A stretch of 64,000 nt of DNA from Eledone cirrhosa (taxonomy: Eukaryota): positions 104,036,001 through 104,100,000 of the forward strand of contig OZ024745.1 of NCBI GenBank assembly GCA_964016885.1, read 5' to 3'. Made by a program: the position numbers and the translations under genes. Of the stretch, positions 52,600 to 64,000 are shown piece after piece (within the stretch, counting starts at the first letter, position 1; each line of letters starts with the position of its first letter). Under the pieces are notes generated by a model. It worked only from the letters and a program-made list of their open reading frames with translations. It was not told where the DNA came from and made no database searches.

Positions 52600-52647
<48 letters not shown>

Positions 52648-52961
52648 AAAAGTCAATAGAACTGCAAAATAATATAGTACAATGAACATATATATTATTT
52701 TAATGCTTTATGTAGGAGGAAAGGAATCTTAATATTTCAGATGTTAGTCCTTCATCAGAAAATAGAATGAGAAATAAAAGAAAAAATAGAAAAATGAATA
52801 TTTCATAGTGATGAGTCTTGTTACTCTGGAGTTTCACCTATGTACTCACAGGAGCATCAGACACTGAAGGTGAATGAATGTGAGGCATCTTCTTGAAGAT
52901 GTAATTATGCCTATGACAGATGGGGCTTTTTGTAGTTACTATTGATTAGTCTACATATTTT

Positions 52962-53360
52962 GGAGGCACGTGGCTTAGTGGTTAGAACATTGGCCTTACA
53001 ATCGAAAGGTTGTGAGTTCAATTCTCAGACCAGGTGATGTGTTGTGTCCTTGAGCAAGACACTTTATTTCACATTGCTCCAGTTTACTCAGCTGTAGAAA
53101 TGAGATGAGAGGGACTGGGGTCCCTATCATTCCACTGCAAAGTGGTCGTTGAGGTGCCACGGCAAAAAATCACCCAGCCCACACTGTAACGTGGACGTGT
53201 AGGCGCCACGGCAAAAGAGCACCCAGCACTCACTGTAAATGAGGTTGGTGTTAGGAAGGGCATCCAGCTGTAGAAATCAAGCCAGAATCAGTTCCCGTCC
53301 CACCCTTGCAAGCAGGGAAAAAGCGGACGTAAAATGAAATGATGATGATGATGATGATGA
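52962..53360 (+). mobile_element. CORE-like SINE with duplicated internal module, about 110 bp upstream of DRC3 coding exon 2
   Basis: 459-805 family, with two GCCACGGCAAAAA..CACCCAG..CACTGTAA units. Confidence 0.85.
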
Positions 53361-53473
53361 TTTTATAATACATATTGTTAATGATTTCCTTCAAAAGTGT
53401 TAATGTTTTGTTTATTGTTTACTGCTAGTGATGTTGATTAAAGTTCTGTATGTTGATATATTCTATTTGCCAG

Positions 53474-53590
53474 ACATTCTGAAGATTGATAACTTATGGT
53501 GCTTCACCAGAATAACCAAGCTTCAGCTTGATAATAATGTTATTGAAAAGATAGAAGGTTTAGATCAGCTTGTAAACCTTGTATGGCTTG
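53474..53590 (+). CDS. DRC3: DRC3 coding exon 2 (NILKIDNLWCFTRITKLQLDNNVIEKIEGLDQLVNLVWL), LRRs
   Basis: ttgccag acceptor, G|GTAAGT donor, 117 nt in frame. SDS22-type LRR repeats matching DRC3. Confidence 0.95.
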
Positions 53591-54462
53591 GTAAGTAATG
53601 TGTTTCATCATCATCATCATCATCATCATCATTATCATCGTCATTGTCGTCGTCATCATTGTTCTCATCATCAACATCATCATCACCATCATTTAATGTC
53701 TATTCTCCCAGATAACAGGGGTTTTGAGGGTTGTCAGAGACCAGGTCAGTACTCAAGTGGAGTTACTGATATCTTAGATGGTCTGGAGACCTGCATCTCG
53801 CTTACATACATCCTTGCACTCTACTTAGTGCTCAAACAGGCTGGGGCCCCCTGCACCTTGCTTACATATGTTTCCGCACTCTACTGAGTCCTCCTAACCT
53901 TTTGTTTGGCACATTTTCTATAGCTGGATGCTCATCCTATCAGCAGCCACTTTACCGTGTGTACTCAGCACATTTATCATATAGATCACCAACACTAGGA
54001 GATTATCATGGCTGTGACACACAATGATGAGTCTTTCTGACTCATTGTTTATTCAAATGCAAGAAGATTTTGTGTGTTGTAAATTTCACTCTTTCTTATT
54101 AGGTTTATTAATAGATTTGATGTTGTATTAAAATACTTTCATCATCATCACCATTTAACATCCATTTTACATACTAGCAAGTTGTCCCATTGTGAGTCAA
54201 GTTAGATCCAGTGGCTGTGTCTTGCTCATACAAAAATGTTTCTGGCTTGATTTCTACGGCTGGATGTTCTTTCTAATGCCAACCACATTACAGAGTGGCC
54301 TGGGTGCTTTTTATCATGGCACAAAAAGAACCAACTGACAGGTTGGACTGGGTAATTTTTCATTGTGTCATTGTGTTGATGGTAGGATTCTAGGGGGTCT
54401 TTCCTATTTATTGTTATGGTAGAGAAAACCATTAATATTTAATTGTTTTCTTCCTTAAACAG

Positions 54463-54629
54463 ATTTATCTTTTAACAATATTGAAGAGATTGAAGGGTTG
54501 GATAACCTTACAAAATTGACTGATCTTTCTCTATATAATAATAGAATATCGACCATTGCAAATATGAATACTCTGATTCAACTTGAAGTTCTTTCGCTTG
54601 GCAATAATGATCTAAAAGAACTCAGTATG
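54463..54629 (+). CDS. DRC3: DRC3 coding exon 3 ([30 protein letters not shown]...[13 protein letters not shown])
   Basis: aaacag acceptor, ATG|GTGAGT donor, 167 nt in frame, LRR motifs. Confidence 0.95.
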
Positions 54630-55184
54630 GTGAGTAAGAGAACATTATAAGAAATTACTTTCATTTTTAAAGGATCTTCACTGAGGGGTAAGTAATCCCC
54701 TGGTTATATAATAGAAGATTATTAATAGTGTTTTCAAGAAAGGATTCACCAGTTCACTAGAGTGACTTCCTGTTACTTACTTTAGGTTCACAAAATACTT
54801 GTTAATCATATAGTTCTCTTTGTGGCCTCCAACAGTAAACTGTACACACTCCTGGTTCCACAATAAAATATGTTCAGCCCCCACTGGAATTTGGAAGTGA
54901 TGGTGTCACAAAAACATTCACCCTGTCCACTCTGTACATTGGAAGTGCTGATGCCGTCAAAAAAATTCCCTATTGGCTCCATACTGTAAAGTGGTAGTGC
55001 TGGTACCATGAAAAAAGCGCAATCAGTCCACCCTGCCATGTAGTAAAGGTGGTTTCATGAGAAACAAATCCGGTACAAGCTGTGAAGTGGCTGGCATTAG
55101 GAGTGCCATGCAGCTGTAGAAATCATGCCAAAATAGAACATATGAGAAGGATACCATTGTCTGATCTGCTTGTGTAGCCTGATG

Positions 55185-56420
55185 GGTGGATGTTGTTTAC
55201 CTTGACTTCGCTAAGGCTTTTAATTCTGTGCCACACAAAAGACTTATGGCAAAACTCTCTGCAATGAGTGTGAGGGATGATCTTTTTAACTTCATTCTCA
55301 GCCGAAAAGAGGTAGTCACGGTTCTAGGACAGCATTCTTCACCATATGAGATGTCATCTGGTGTACCACAGGGATCTGTTCTTGGTCCCCTTTTGTTTGT
55401 GACATATATTAATGACATAGATGCCAACTTAAAGAATGCCACGGTACTGAAATATGCAGATGACATCAAGCTGTACCTTGAAATCAAAAGGACTGATCCT
55501 GAAATCTACAACTCTTTCCTACAATCAGACCTGGACACAATGCAGCAATGGATCACAGACTGGCAACTGAAGCTGGCTGTGGACAAGTGTACCACCATGC
55601 ATTTTGGGAGGAAAAATCCAGCGTCCACATACTCCCTCCACAACACTGATATCAAGAAGTCCTCTTGTGAACGTGACCTGGGCATTACTGTCAGCAGCGA
55701 TATGCATTGGACAAAGCATGTCTCTAAGATTGTCAAGACGGCCGAGGGTGTCTTGGCATCACTCAGCAAGACCTTTGTTAGCCGCTCTCCAGCCATCTAT
55801 TTAAAGCTGTATACAGCTATGGTAATTACACTAGGAATTCGCATCATCAGTCTGGAACCCCTATCTTGCTCAGAACATTGACCCCCTGGAAACTGTTCAG
55901 AGATGTGCAACCAAGCGCATACCCTCCATCAGACACCTACCATACTCTGAACACCTTGCTTCCCTGGGCATGGATTCATTGAAGCTCCGACATCTGGCAA
56001 TGGACTTGGTAAACACCACAAAGTTATTAACCATCTCGCCAACAACAACCCTGAGCACCTTTTTGATCTTCATGTGTCTAACACACGTGGACATGCCTAC
56101 AAAGTCAGAAAGCAGCACAGCTCCCATTACTTTCGGAAACATTTTTTCACGCTCAGAGTTGCTGAAGCATGGAACAAACTGCCTGCGTCAGTTGTTAGCT
56201 GCCGAGACACTGCATCCTTTAAAACCCTCATGCTTCCCGAAATTCGCCAAAACTACACCTGATGTCCCCCTTCCATACACATGCACACGTGTATATCATG
56301 ACTCATGCATTGTTCATTTTCCTGACGTTTGTACATTACCCTATGTACTATACATACACTTTTTGATGAGTTGTAGTGCACTGAGCACTGTACACAATAT
56401 TTCATTATTATTATTATTAT
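55185..56420 (+). mobile_element. 5'-truncated CR1-type LINE (RT domain to 3' end) inserted into a SINE tail
   Basis: DVVYLDFAKAF, SGVPQGSVLGPLLF, YADD, ERDLG, TRGH.YK and WNKLP motifs. (ATT)n tail. The SINE tail resumes at about 56425. Confidence 0.9.
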
Positions 56421-57331
56421 AAAACATGACAACCCATCTAACCCATGCTAGCATGGAAAATAGACTTAAAACAATGATGATGATAATGATTCAGTATCTT
56501 AATCCACCGACACTTGGTCTAGTAGACCAAGGCTTAACTCTGTAGCTCTCACTACATCCATGTATTTGCTTTATAATGAATTCCTTTATCTGTTATTCAA
56601 AATGACTGTAAGACAACAACTTTCATGTTAGGTATGAAAGGCTGAGTTACTACTATGTTTTATTATTACCTAGTTCAGTATCAATTAGATTGTTCTGGAA
56701 ATATTTACTCAAACAACTATATCCATTTAACCCTTTAACATTTACATTACTCTATAATTACTATTGTATTTTCACAGTAAAGGCTTTATCTCACATAATA
56801 TCAGATCTATGAGATTTTGATATTATTTATTTTGAGAACAATACCTTAACGTCAGTATGAGTGGTCAGTTATGGCTGGTTTGAACAGAAAGACGTGAGAG
56901 AATTTTGGCCAGATATGTCCGGTTTAAATGTTAAAAGGTTAATCTATTTTATCATATTAGTTATTTTAGTTTAAAATTAATAAGTTTACATTAAATTTAG
57001 TGTTGCTAACATAATTCCTACTCCACTCAACCCGTTGTCATTACCCACCCAGAAAACAGTCCTATATGGGCAAGACACGGTCACCTGACACAACTTGCCT
57101 CTAATGGAACAATCCGTCTAACCCATGCTAGCATGGAAAATGGATGTTAAACGGTGATGGGGATAATGATGATGTCTTTGAGAAAGGCATTAGTACACAT
57201 GCATACATTTCTCAGAACTATTGAAGAAAGTAGGTAATAGCAGAGAAAAATAAAGAAGATCCTCACAAGGCCCTATATCATGAACAAGCTTGGATTACTG
57301 AATATAGATGTTTCCTTTCACTTACATTACT

Positions 57332-57393
<62 letters not shown>

Positions 57394-58713
57394 TTCCCTC
57401 CTCTTCCTCCTCCTCATCATCATTATCATCATCATTGTCATCATCATCCACCTAATTTTCCATGCTTGTGTCAGTTGGGTAGTTTTTTCCAGCAGCACAG
57501 CATCTCTACACCTGTTGTGGTCCTTCATTATCTTCTCTGTTAGTGTAAATTATGTTCCATGATGATAAATTTTGAAATATAGAATTGTATCAGCATCTTC
57601 ATCATCATTGTCATTGATTTATGTCTGCTTTTCCATGTTTTCATGGCTTCTCCAGCACAGCATCCCCTCGCACTATGCAGTTCAAGCATATTTTCATTTG
57701 TCAAGGTTTGACAGAAGATTTGCTTGCTGAATTAACCCTTTAGCATTTACATTACTCTCATCATCATCACCGTTTTACGTCCGTTCTTCCACGCTAGCAT
57801 GGGTTAGACAGGTTGTCCTGTTATGGGCAGTGTCCGGTCGGCTGATCTTGTCTTGCTCATACGGGAAATATATACTATTGTATTTTTGCGATAAAGGCTT
57901 TATCTTACATAATTATCTCACATAATATTGTACCTATGATATTTTGATGTTATTTATTTTGAGAACAATACCTTAAAGTCAGTATGAGTGGCCAGTTATG
58001 GCCAGTTTGAACAGAACTCTGGCTGGATACAGCCGGTTTAAATGCTAAAGGGTTAAACAAGTTATTTCAATGACTTGAGAATATGGAATATATATAAATC
58101 AATGTATAAAAATGGATTATATATGAATCAAGATATAAAGATATAGAATTGTAACAGTTTAAAATAAGCATTCACATGTGAAGAGTTGTGGATTCACAAT
58201 TGTGAGATTGTGAGTTCAATTTCCGGACTGGGTGATGTGCTATCTCCTTGAACATGACACTTTATTTTATGTTGTTCTTTCTGCCAGGTGTTGTGATCAG
58301 TAGATAGTATCATCAATCGAAAGACCAATGGAAACATTGTTTCCTTGGTCTGATTTGATGAGTTCTACACCACTCGGTAAACGAATGAGGTCTGGGATCT
58401 TGACAATCGATTCAATGAATTGATAAATGTATATACACATGCACATCATCATTATTTAACATCCACTTTCCCTGATAGCAAGGATTGTATATGTCATCAA
58501 CTGACCCAGACAGCACTCAAGCAGAGCTACTGTACTTTTAGATGGGCTGGGGACTTATATCTTGCTTACATGATCAGTAAATAATCTTGGATCTTGTTGA
58601 TAGTTAAGAAACAAAAAAGAAGCATAATTGGTCTTTCAAATGTGATTTCAATGATTTGAAAATATTGATTATATACGAATACTAATCAATGTTAATTTCT
58701 TAATTCCTTCCAG

Positions 58714-58860
58714 ATTTTATATCTACGCAAGTTCAAAAATTTGAAAATGATAAATTTAGCTGGTAATCCTTTCTGTGAATTACCTGACTATAAAACAACT
58801 GTTGTTGTTTATCTCAACTGGGTGCAGTATATTGATTACTCATTAGTCAAGGAATCGGTT
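58714..58860 (+). CDS. DRC3: DRC3 coding exon 4 (ILYLRKFKNLKMINLAGNPFCELPDYK...IDYSLVKESV), LRR cap
   Basis: ttccag acceptor, GTT|GTAAGT donor, 147 nt. LRRcap motif GNP..Y..lD. Confidence 0.95.
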
Positions 58861-58892
58861 GTAAGTATTATTATATATTTTACACTGATATT

Positions 58893-58897
58893 GCCAT

Positions 58898-58929
<32 letters not shown>

Positions 58930-58958
58930 TCACTATCTCCACCACCACCACCACCACC

Positions 58959-58992
<34 letters not shown>

Positions 58993-59311
58993 ACACCACC
59001 ACCACCACCACCACCACCACCACCACCGTCATCATCATCATCATCACCACCACCACCACCACCACCACCACCATCATCGTCACTATCACCACCACCACCA
59101 TCATCATCATCAACATCATCAACACCACCACCACCACCACCATTATCACTATCACCACCACCACCACTATCACCACCACCACCATCATCATCATTAAAAT
59201 CATCAACACCACCACCACCACCACCACCACCACCATCATCATCATCATTATCAACACCACCACCACCACCACCACCACCACTGCCATCATCACTATCACC
59301 ACCACACCACC
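58893..59311. repeat. (CAC/CAT)n compound trinucleotide tract just downstream of DRC3 coding exon 4
   Basis: Seen directly. Confidence 0.95.
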
Positions 59312-60401
59312 AAATTTGGTTAAAAGATAATTACATAGCGGAGTTCTGAAACAAAAAAACTATACTTGAAAGATCACTTAAAATATTTAAAATATAAAAA
59401 TATTAAAACTTTATAGATACAGGGTATCCCCGAAAAATGTATACATACTTTGATTACCTGTACAGGCAATGTTTGTGAGAGTGCTGTTGAAGTGTGTATA
59501 CATTTTTTGAGACACCCTGTATATTCTTCACTCACGAGAATTTCAAAACTGCATCATCTAAACATAATGTGTTGATTAGCTACTTTGACTTATACACAGG
59601 GTTTGGATTTTTGCCTATTTCTCAGACATATAATAGAGGATTGGCTTATAGTCAGATCAACTTATATTTGGGTATATATATATGGTAATTACACAAGTCA
59701 GCAATAGATACCAGTAGATACATGTCAAGTACATATGATGTGGATAAACAAATAGATGCCCTCTAATATTTATTAACCATTACAATGACACGTAAGTGAA
59801 TGATTATGAATATTTACGCAAACAAAAATGTCATCAAACCAAAACATCATCCTAGATGTCGGCCATGATCCAGCAGATCTATGATGAAAGTCAACCGACC
59901 ACATACAGACTCGGTCGTTGATTTTTGCCTATTTCTCAGACATAATAGAGGATTGGCTTATAGTCAGATCAGCTTATATTTGGGTATATATATATATATG
60001 GTAATTACACAAGTCAGCAGTAGATACATGTCAAGTACATATGATTTCTAAATTCAAAGTTGATCACAGTGAGGTTTGATTGAACTCAGAAATTAAAGAC
60101 ATGTTAAGTATATAGTGCTATACTGTAAGTGTGTCACTCTAGCCATTTCTGCCATGTAACCAACAGCTATTATACAATAAAAAGGGAGCCTCAATATGTT
60201 CACTTATGCTGCTAGAAACAACAGCCAAATGACCTTAAATCACACCTTATTGTCTTAAATGAAGAAGAATACAAAAAGATTGAAAAAGTCACTGTTGGAA
60301 TGCATTTGATCACAAGCCTGTCAAATCAGAACAAATGTGGGTTAAAACATCATCAGCAACATCAACAACAATAATTGTTCTTTATTTTATATATATTTTA
60401 G

Positions 60402-60521
60402 AGAGAAAATGCTACCAGGAAAATGCAGACTGCTCTTGATACACTTGCTGAGGCTGAGCAAAGGAACCAGCAGAGTGAAGAAGAAGAGCAACTGAAGAGA
60501 GAAGAATATGAGAAAGATAAG
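60402..60521 (+). CDS. DRC3: DRC3 coding exon 5 (RENATRKMQTALDTLAEAEQ...REEYEKDK), coiled coil
   Basis: ttttag acceptor, AAG|GTCAGT donor, 120 nt, phase 0. Helical E/Q/K-rich segment as in DRC3. Confidence 0.88.
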
Positions 60522-60774
60522 GTCAGTAGTGTACAAAAGAGAAAGTGAAAGCAGTGTTGTTAGGTGCTGGAATGTGTCTATAACTATGCTGCAAGTTACT
60601 TCTTGTAATTGTTACTCCTGCAATAGGCCTGGACAACAATTTCACATCACTTAAGAACCTCTATGTAGTTGTCCAACTTACTAGAAATAGCAGTGAAGCA
60701 TAACTCTAATAACACCACACCTAACATTCTGTACAAAAAAGGTAGGATATATTAATTAACCAATTCTTATGCTC

Positions 60775-61350
60775 ATCAGATTGCCTGTATTATAAGATCT
60801 GATCCGGGATCAAATTTGATCCGGTATCGGATCTGATGTCTGTCTTATTAGTCAACACTATCAGACTGCCTGTACTATCGGATCTGATGTCTGTATTATT
60901 AGTCAACACTATCAGACTGCCTGTACTATCGGATCTGATGTCTGTATTATTAGTCAACACTATCAGACTGCCTGTATTATCAAATTTGATCCGGGATCAG
61001 ATCTGATCTGGAATCGGATCTGATGTCTGTATTATTACTCAACACTATCAGACGGTCTGTACTATCGAATCTGATCCGGGATCAGATCTGATGTCGGTCA
61101 GACTGCCTGTATTATCTGATGTAATCTGGGATCAAATCTGATGTCAGTATTATTAGTCAACACTATCAGACTGCCTGTATTAACGGGTCTGATCTGATCC
61201 GGGATCGGATCTGATGTCTATATTATTATTCAACACTATCAGACTGCCTGTATTATCAGATCTGATCCGGGATCAGATCTGATCTGGCATCGGATCTGAT
61301 GTCTGTATTATTAGTAAACACTATCAGACTGCCTGTATTATCTGATCTGA
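60775..61350. repeat. Complex satellite: ~51-bp unit plus variable GATC-pentamer expansions
   Basis: Repeated TATCAGACTGCCTGTA(C/T)TATC...GATCTGATGTCTGTATTATTAGTCAACAC. Confidence 0.9.
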
Positions 61351-62380
61351 TCAACACTAACATCTCCACCACCACTAAACTAATATCACCACCACCACCA
61401 CCACCAAACCACCATAGACTTATCAGCTTCTTTGAATGTACCTATATGGAACCAAATGCTCCAAAGCATTTAGTCTGGCTAATGATTATGATACTCAACT
61501 GCTTATTTCTGTTGTTAAGTTATTGAGTTTTAATACAGGTATAGAACCTTAGTTGTATTGAAGGAGGTGTAGCAGGGCAGAATGGAATTATGTGGCTTTG
61601 ATGCCTTTTAACATATCTTGAGGGGATCCATCAGTCATGACCTGACAATCTCTCTATTGCTGGTGCATTCAATATACCTTGAAAGGTGGGTGTTGGTAGG
61701 AAAGGCATCCAGCAGTAGAAACCATGCCAAAAAGAGTTGAAAAGATCCTCTAGTCAGAACACAACAATCTCTCTGGTGCTAGTGATATGAAAAATTCACC
61801 CAGTACATCCTTTGAGGTGGCTGGTGATAGGAATGGCATCTAGATGTAAAAAACATGACAATAAAGGGTCTAGAGGACTCTTTAGTTGTGTTATGGGCAT
61901 GGCAACCTCATTAGTGTTGGTGACACGATAAAACATATCCAGCACACTTTGTAAAGTTATTGGTCATAGGAAAGACATCCAGTCAAAGAAAATGTTCCAA
62001 ATTAAGAGTTGAGAGGGCTCTTTTGTTTTATCAAAGACATGACAACTTCCCCTCTATAGAGTGCAGGAACACGTGTAAGAGAGATATATGGCCCTTTGGC
62101 CAACTGAGAGGTCAATAGCTCCGATTATGTACTGATGTGGTCTGTGACAACCTCAGACCTGTCAACTCTCCCCGTCGGACGGGGAGATCTCCCACCCAGT
62201 TTGGAGTGGGTGAGAGATGTCTTCTCTTGTAAAATCTCCCCATTTTGCCTCATTTCTCCTCATTTTGGGGCACTTTTTTTCATGGTACTCCCCGTTTGCG
62301 TTTTTAGAGGTTGGCAGGTGTGCAACCTGTCCAATCCTTGCTAGCGGGGAGAACAGATGTTATTTGATGATGTTAATGGC

Positions 62381-62416
<36 letters not shown>

Positions 62417-64000
62417 AGCAATGTAAGTGAAAGGAAACATCTATATTCAGGAATCCAGGCTTGTTGATGATATAGGGCCTTGCCAGGATCTTGTTTCTCT
62501 TCTCTTCAACTAACCACTTTCTTCATATATTTCTGAGAAATGCATGCATGCGTGTTCATACCTTTCTCAAGGACATTATCAACTTGGCAGTATCGGTAGA
62601 GGGTTGGACGCCACGCATAGAGTTACGGCCCTTGCCATTCTGAGTTCAAATCCCGCCGAGGTTAACTTTGCCTTTCATCCTTACGGGGGTCGATAAAATA
62701 AAGTACCAGTAAAGCACTGGGTATTTGCTGGCCTTGTGTCAAATGTAGAAACAATTATCAACATAAAGAGTAATGCTGCCAATTAGAATATGAAACTGTA
62801 TCATAGAGATCTGGATTACATGGACAAGCTACCATTGTATGGAGTTCCCTACAATTGTTATATTACTAAAACTTTGACATGCAAAATAACATGCAAACGA
62901 AACTCTTTTTGAATTTGTTTTTCTAAAATACTTGTTATTGTTATTTTTTTTTTCTTCTTTTTTTTTTTTTTCTCTTTTTATTAAGTATTGATTTCTCACT
63001 CTCAAATTTCTAACTGAAAAAATCAAAGAGGAAGAGAATGCATTCTCCCTGTGTGTGTGTGCGGGGGGGGGGGGGGGTATGTATGTGTATGTGCATGTGT
63101 CTGTATGCACATGTGTCTATATGTGCATGTGTACGTGTGTGAAAGTTATAAAGTCAAAGTTCATCTGCTATAGGTGAGAATTAGTGTCTCAGGTTAACTA
63201 CGGAATGCATTCTATTATTAGTATAGAATTGATTATTCTTAAAGAATGAAGATTTCACTAAAAAATAATAATAAAAAGGAATAAAAGCAAGATAGTTCAA
63301 ATTTAGTAGGTTTTTCTTTTTAGATTATTAGAACGGGATGCTTTTCACCACATTTTGGTGTAAATTTCTCAACAGTCTAATTGTAGTATTGCAATTCTTA
63401 TATTTATTTCATGACATGATTGAAGAATTGTATTGTGTTCTTTTTTTTTTTAGCGAGAGATCATTTCCAAATCAATGCATTTTCTCTCATTGGAATTGTG
63501 GTTTCTGTTTTGAAATTTTATGTCATCTTGATTCCTCACCTATTATCTTCTATAATATTAAAGAAGACATGACCACTCAGTGCACTTTGTACAGTGGTTG
63601 GTAATAGGAAGGGCATCAAGTCTTAGAAAACATTGCCAAACTAAAGGTTGGGGTGACTCAAATATGACAACTTCCCTAGTATTGGTGCCACGATAAAATG
63701 CACTCAGTGGAGTGTCGGATCATCTATCAATCAAGCTCCTTGGCCCATTTGGAGGTCAGAGGTTCTGCGTGAATACTGACTGGTCTGTAATGACATGTCC
63801 AATCCTTGCTAGCAGGGAAAACATACATGAAACTATGATGATGTTGATGATGATACCAAGGACATTTCAAAAGATTATCTCTAAAACACAATGCTTCTTC
63901 TATTTAAGAATACCTTCACCCATGATAACTGTTTTTTACAATTCTAATATTACACACTATGGTGCAGCAGAGTCCACTTTGAGAACCTTCATCATCATCA

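Overview
AT-rich, repeat-saturated animal genomic DNA. The SINE/RTE/microsatellite repertoire suggests a cephalopod (Octopus-like), which is inference. Two spliced protein-coding genes diverge from one short promoter near 37.5-37.7 kb. On the minus strand is a TOM1/TOM1L2 homolog (coding exons 37462-37405 and 11782-11698; the rest appears to lie left of the window). On the plus strand is DRC3/LRRC48 (putative 5'UTR exon ending at 37775, then five coding exons 43678-60521 giving 237 aa; the gene continues right of the window). Human TOM1L2 and DRC3 have the same head-to-head arrangement. The introns hold two tandem R4/Dong-like LINEs in (AAT)n, many RTE fragments with SINEs sharing their 3' hairpin, CORE- and Nin/Deu-type SINEs, a CR1 fragment, a Buster-type hAT containing a minisatellite, two mariners, TTAA- and TA-MITEs, an internally deleted Gypsy LTR element (TSD AATG, unusually long tRNA-Trp PBS) and hammerhead-like motifs. 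The most unusual pattern is four inverted copies of local DNA (29-111 bp), each fused to the 5' end of an RTE-mobilised insertion, all with the same polarity. Coordinates and mismatch counts were read by eye, and repeat boundaries are approximate.
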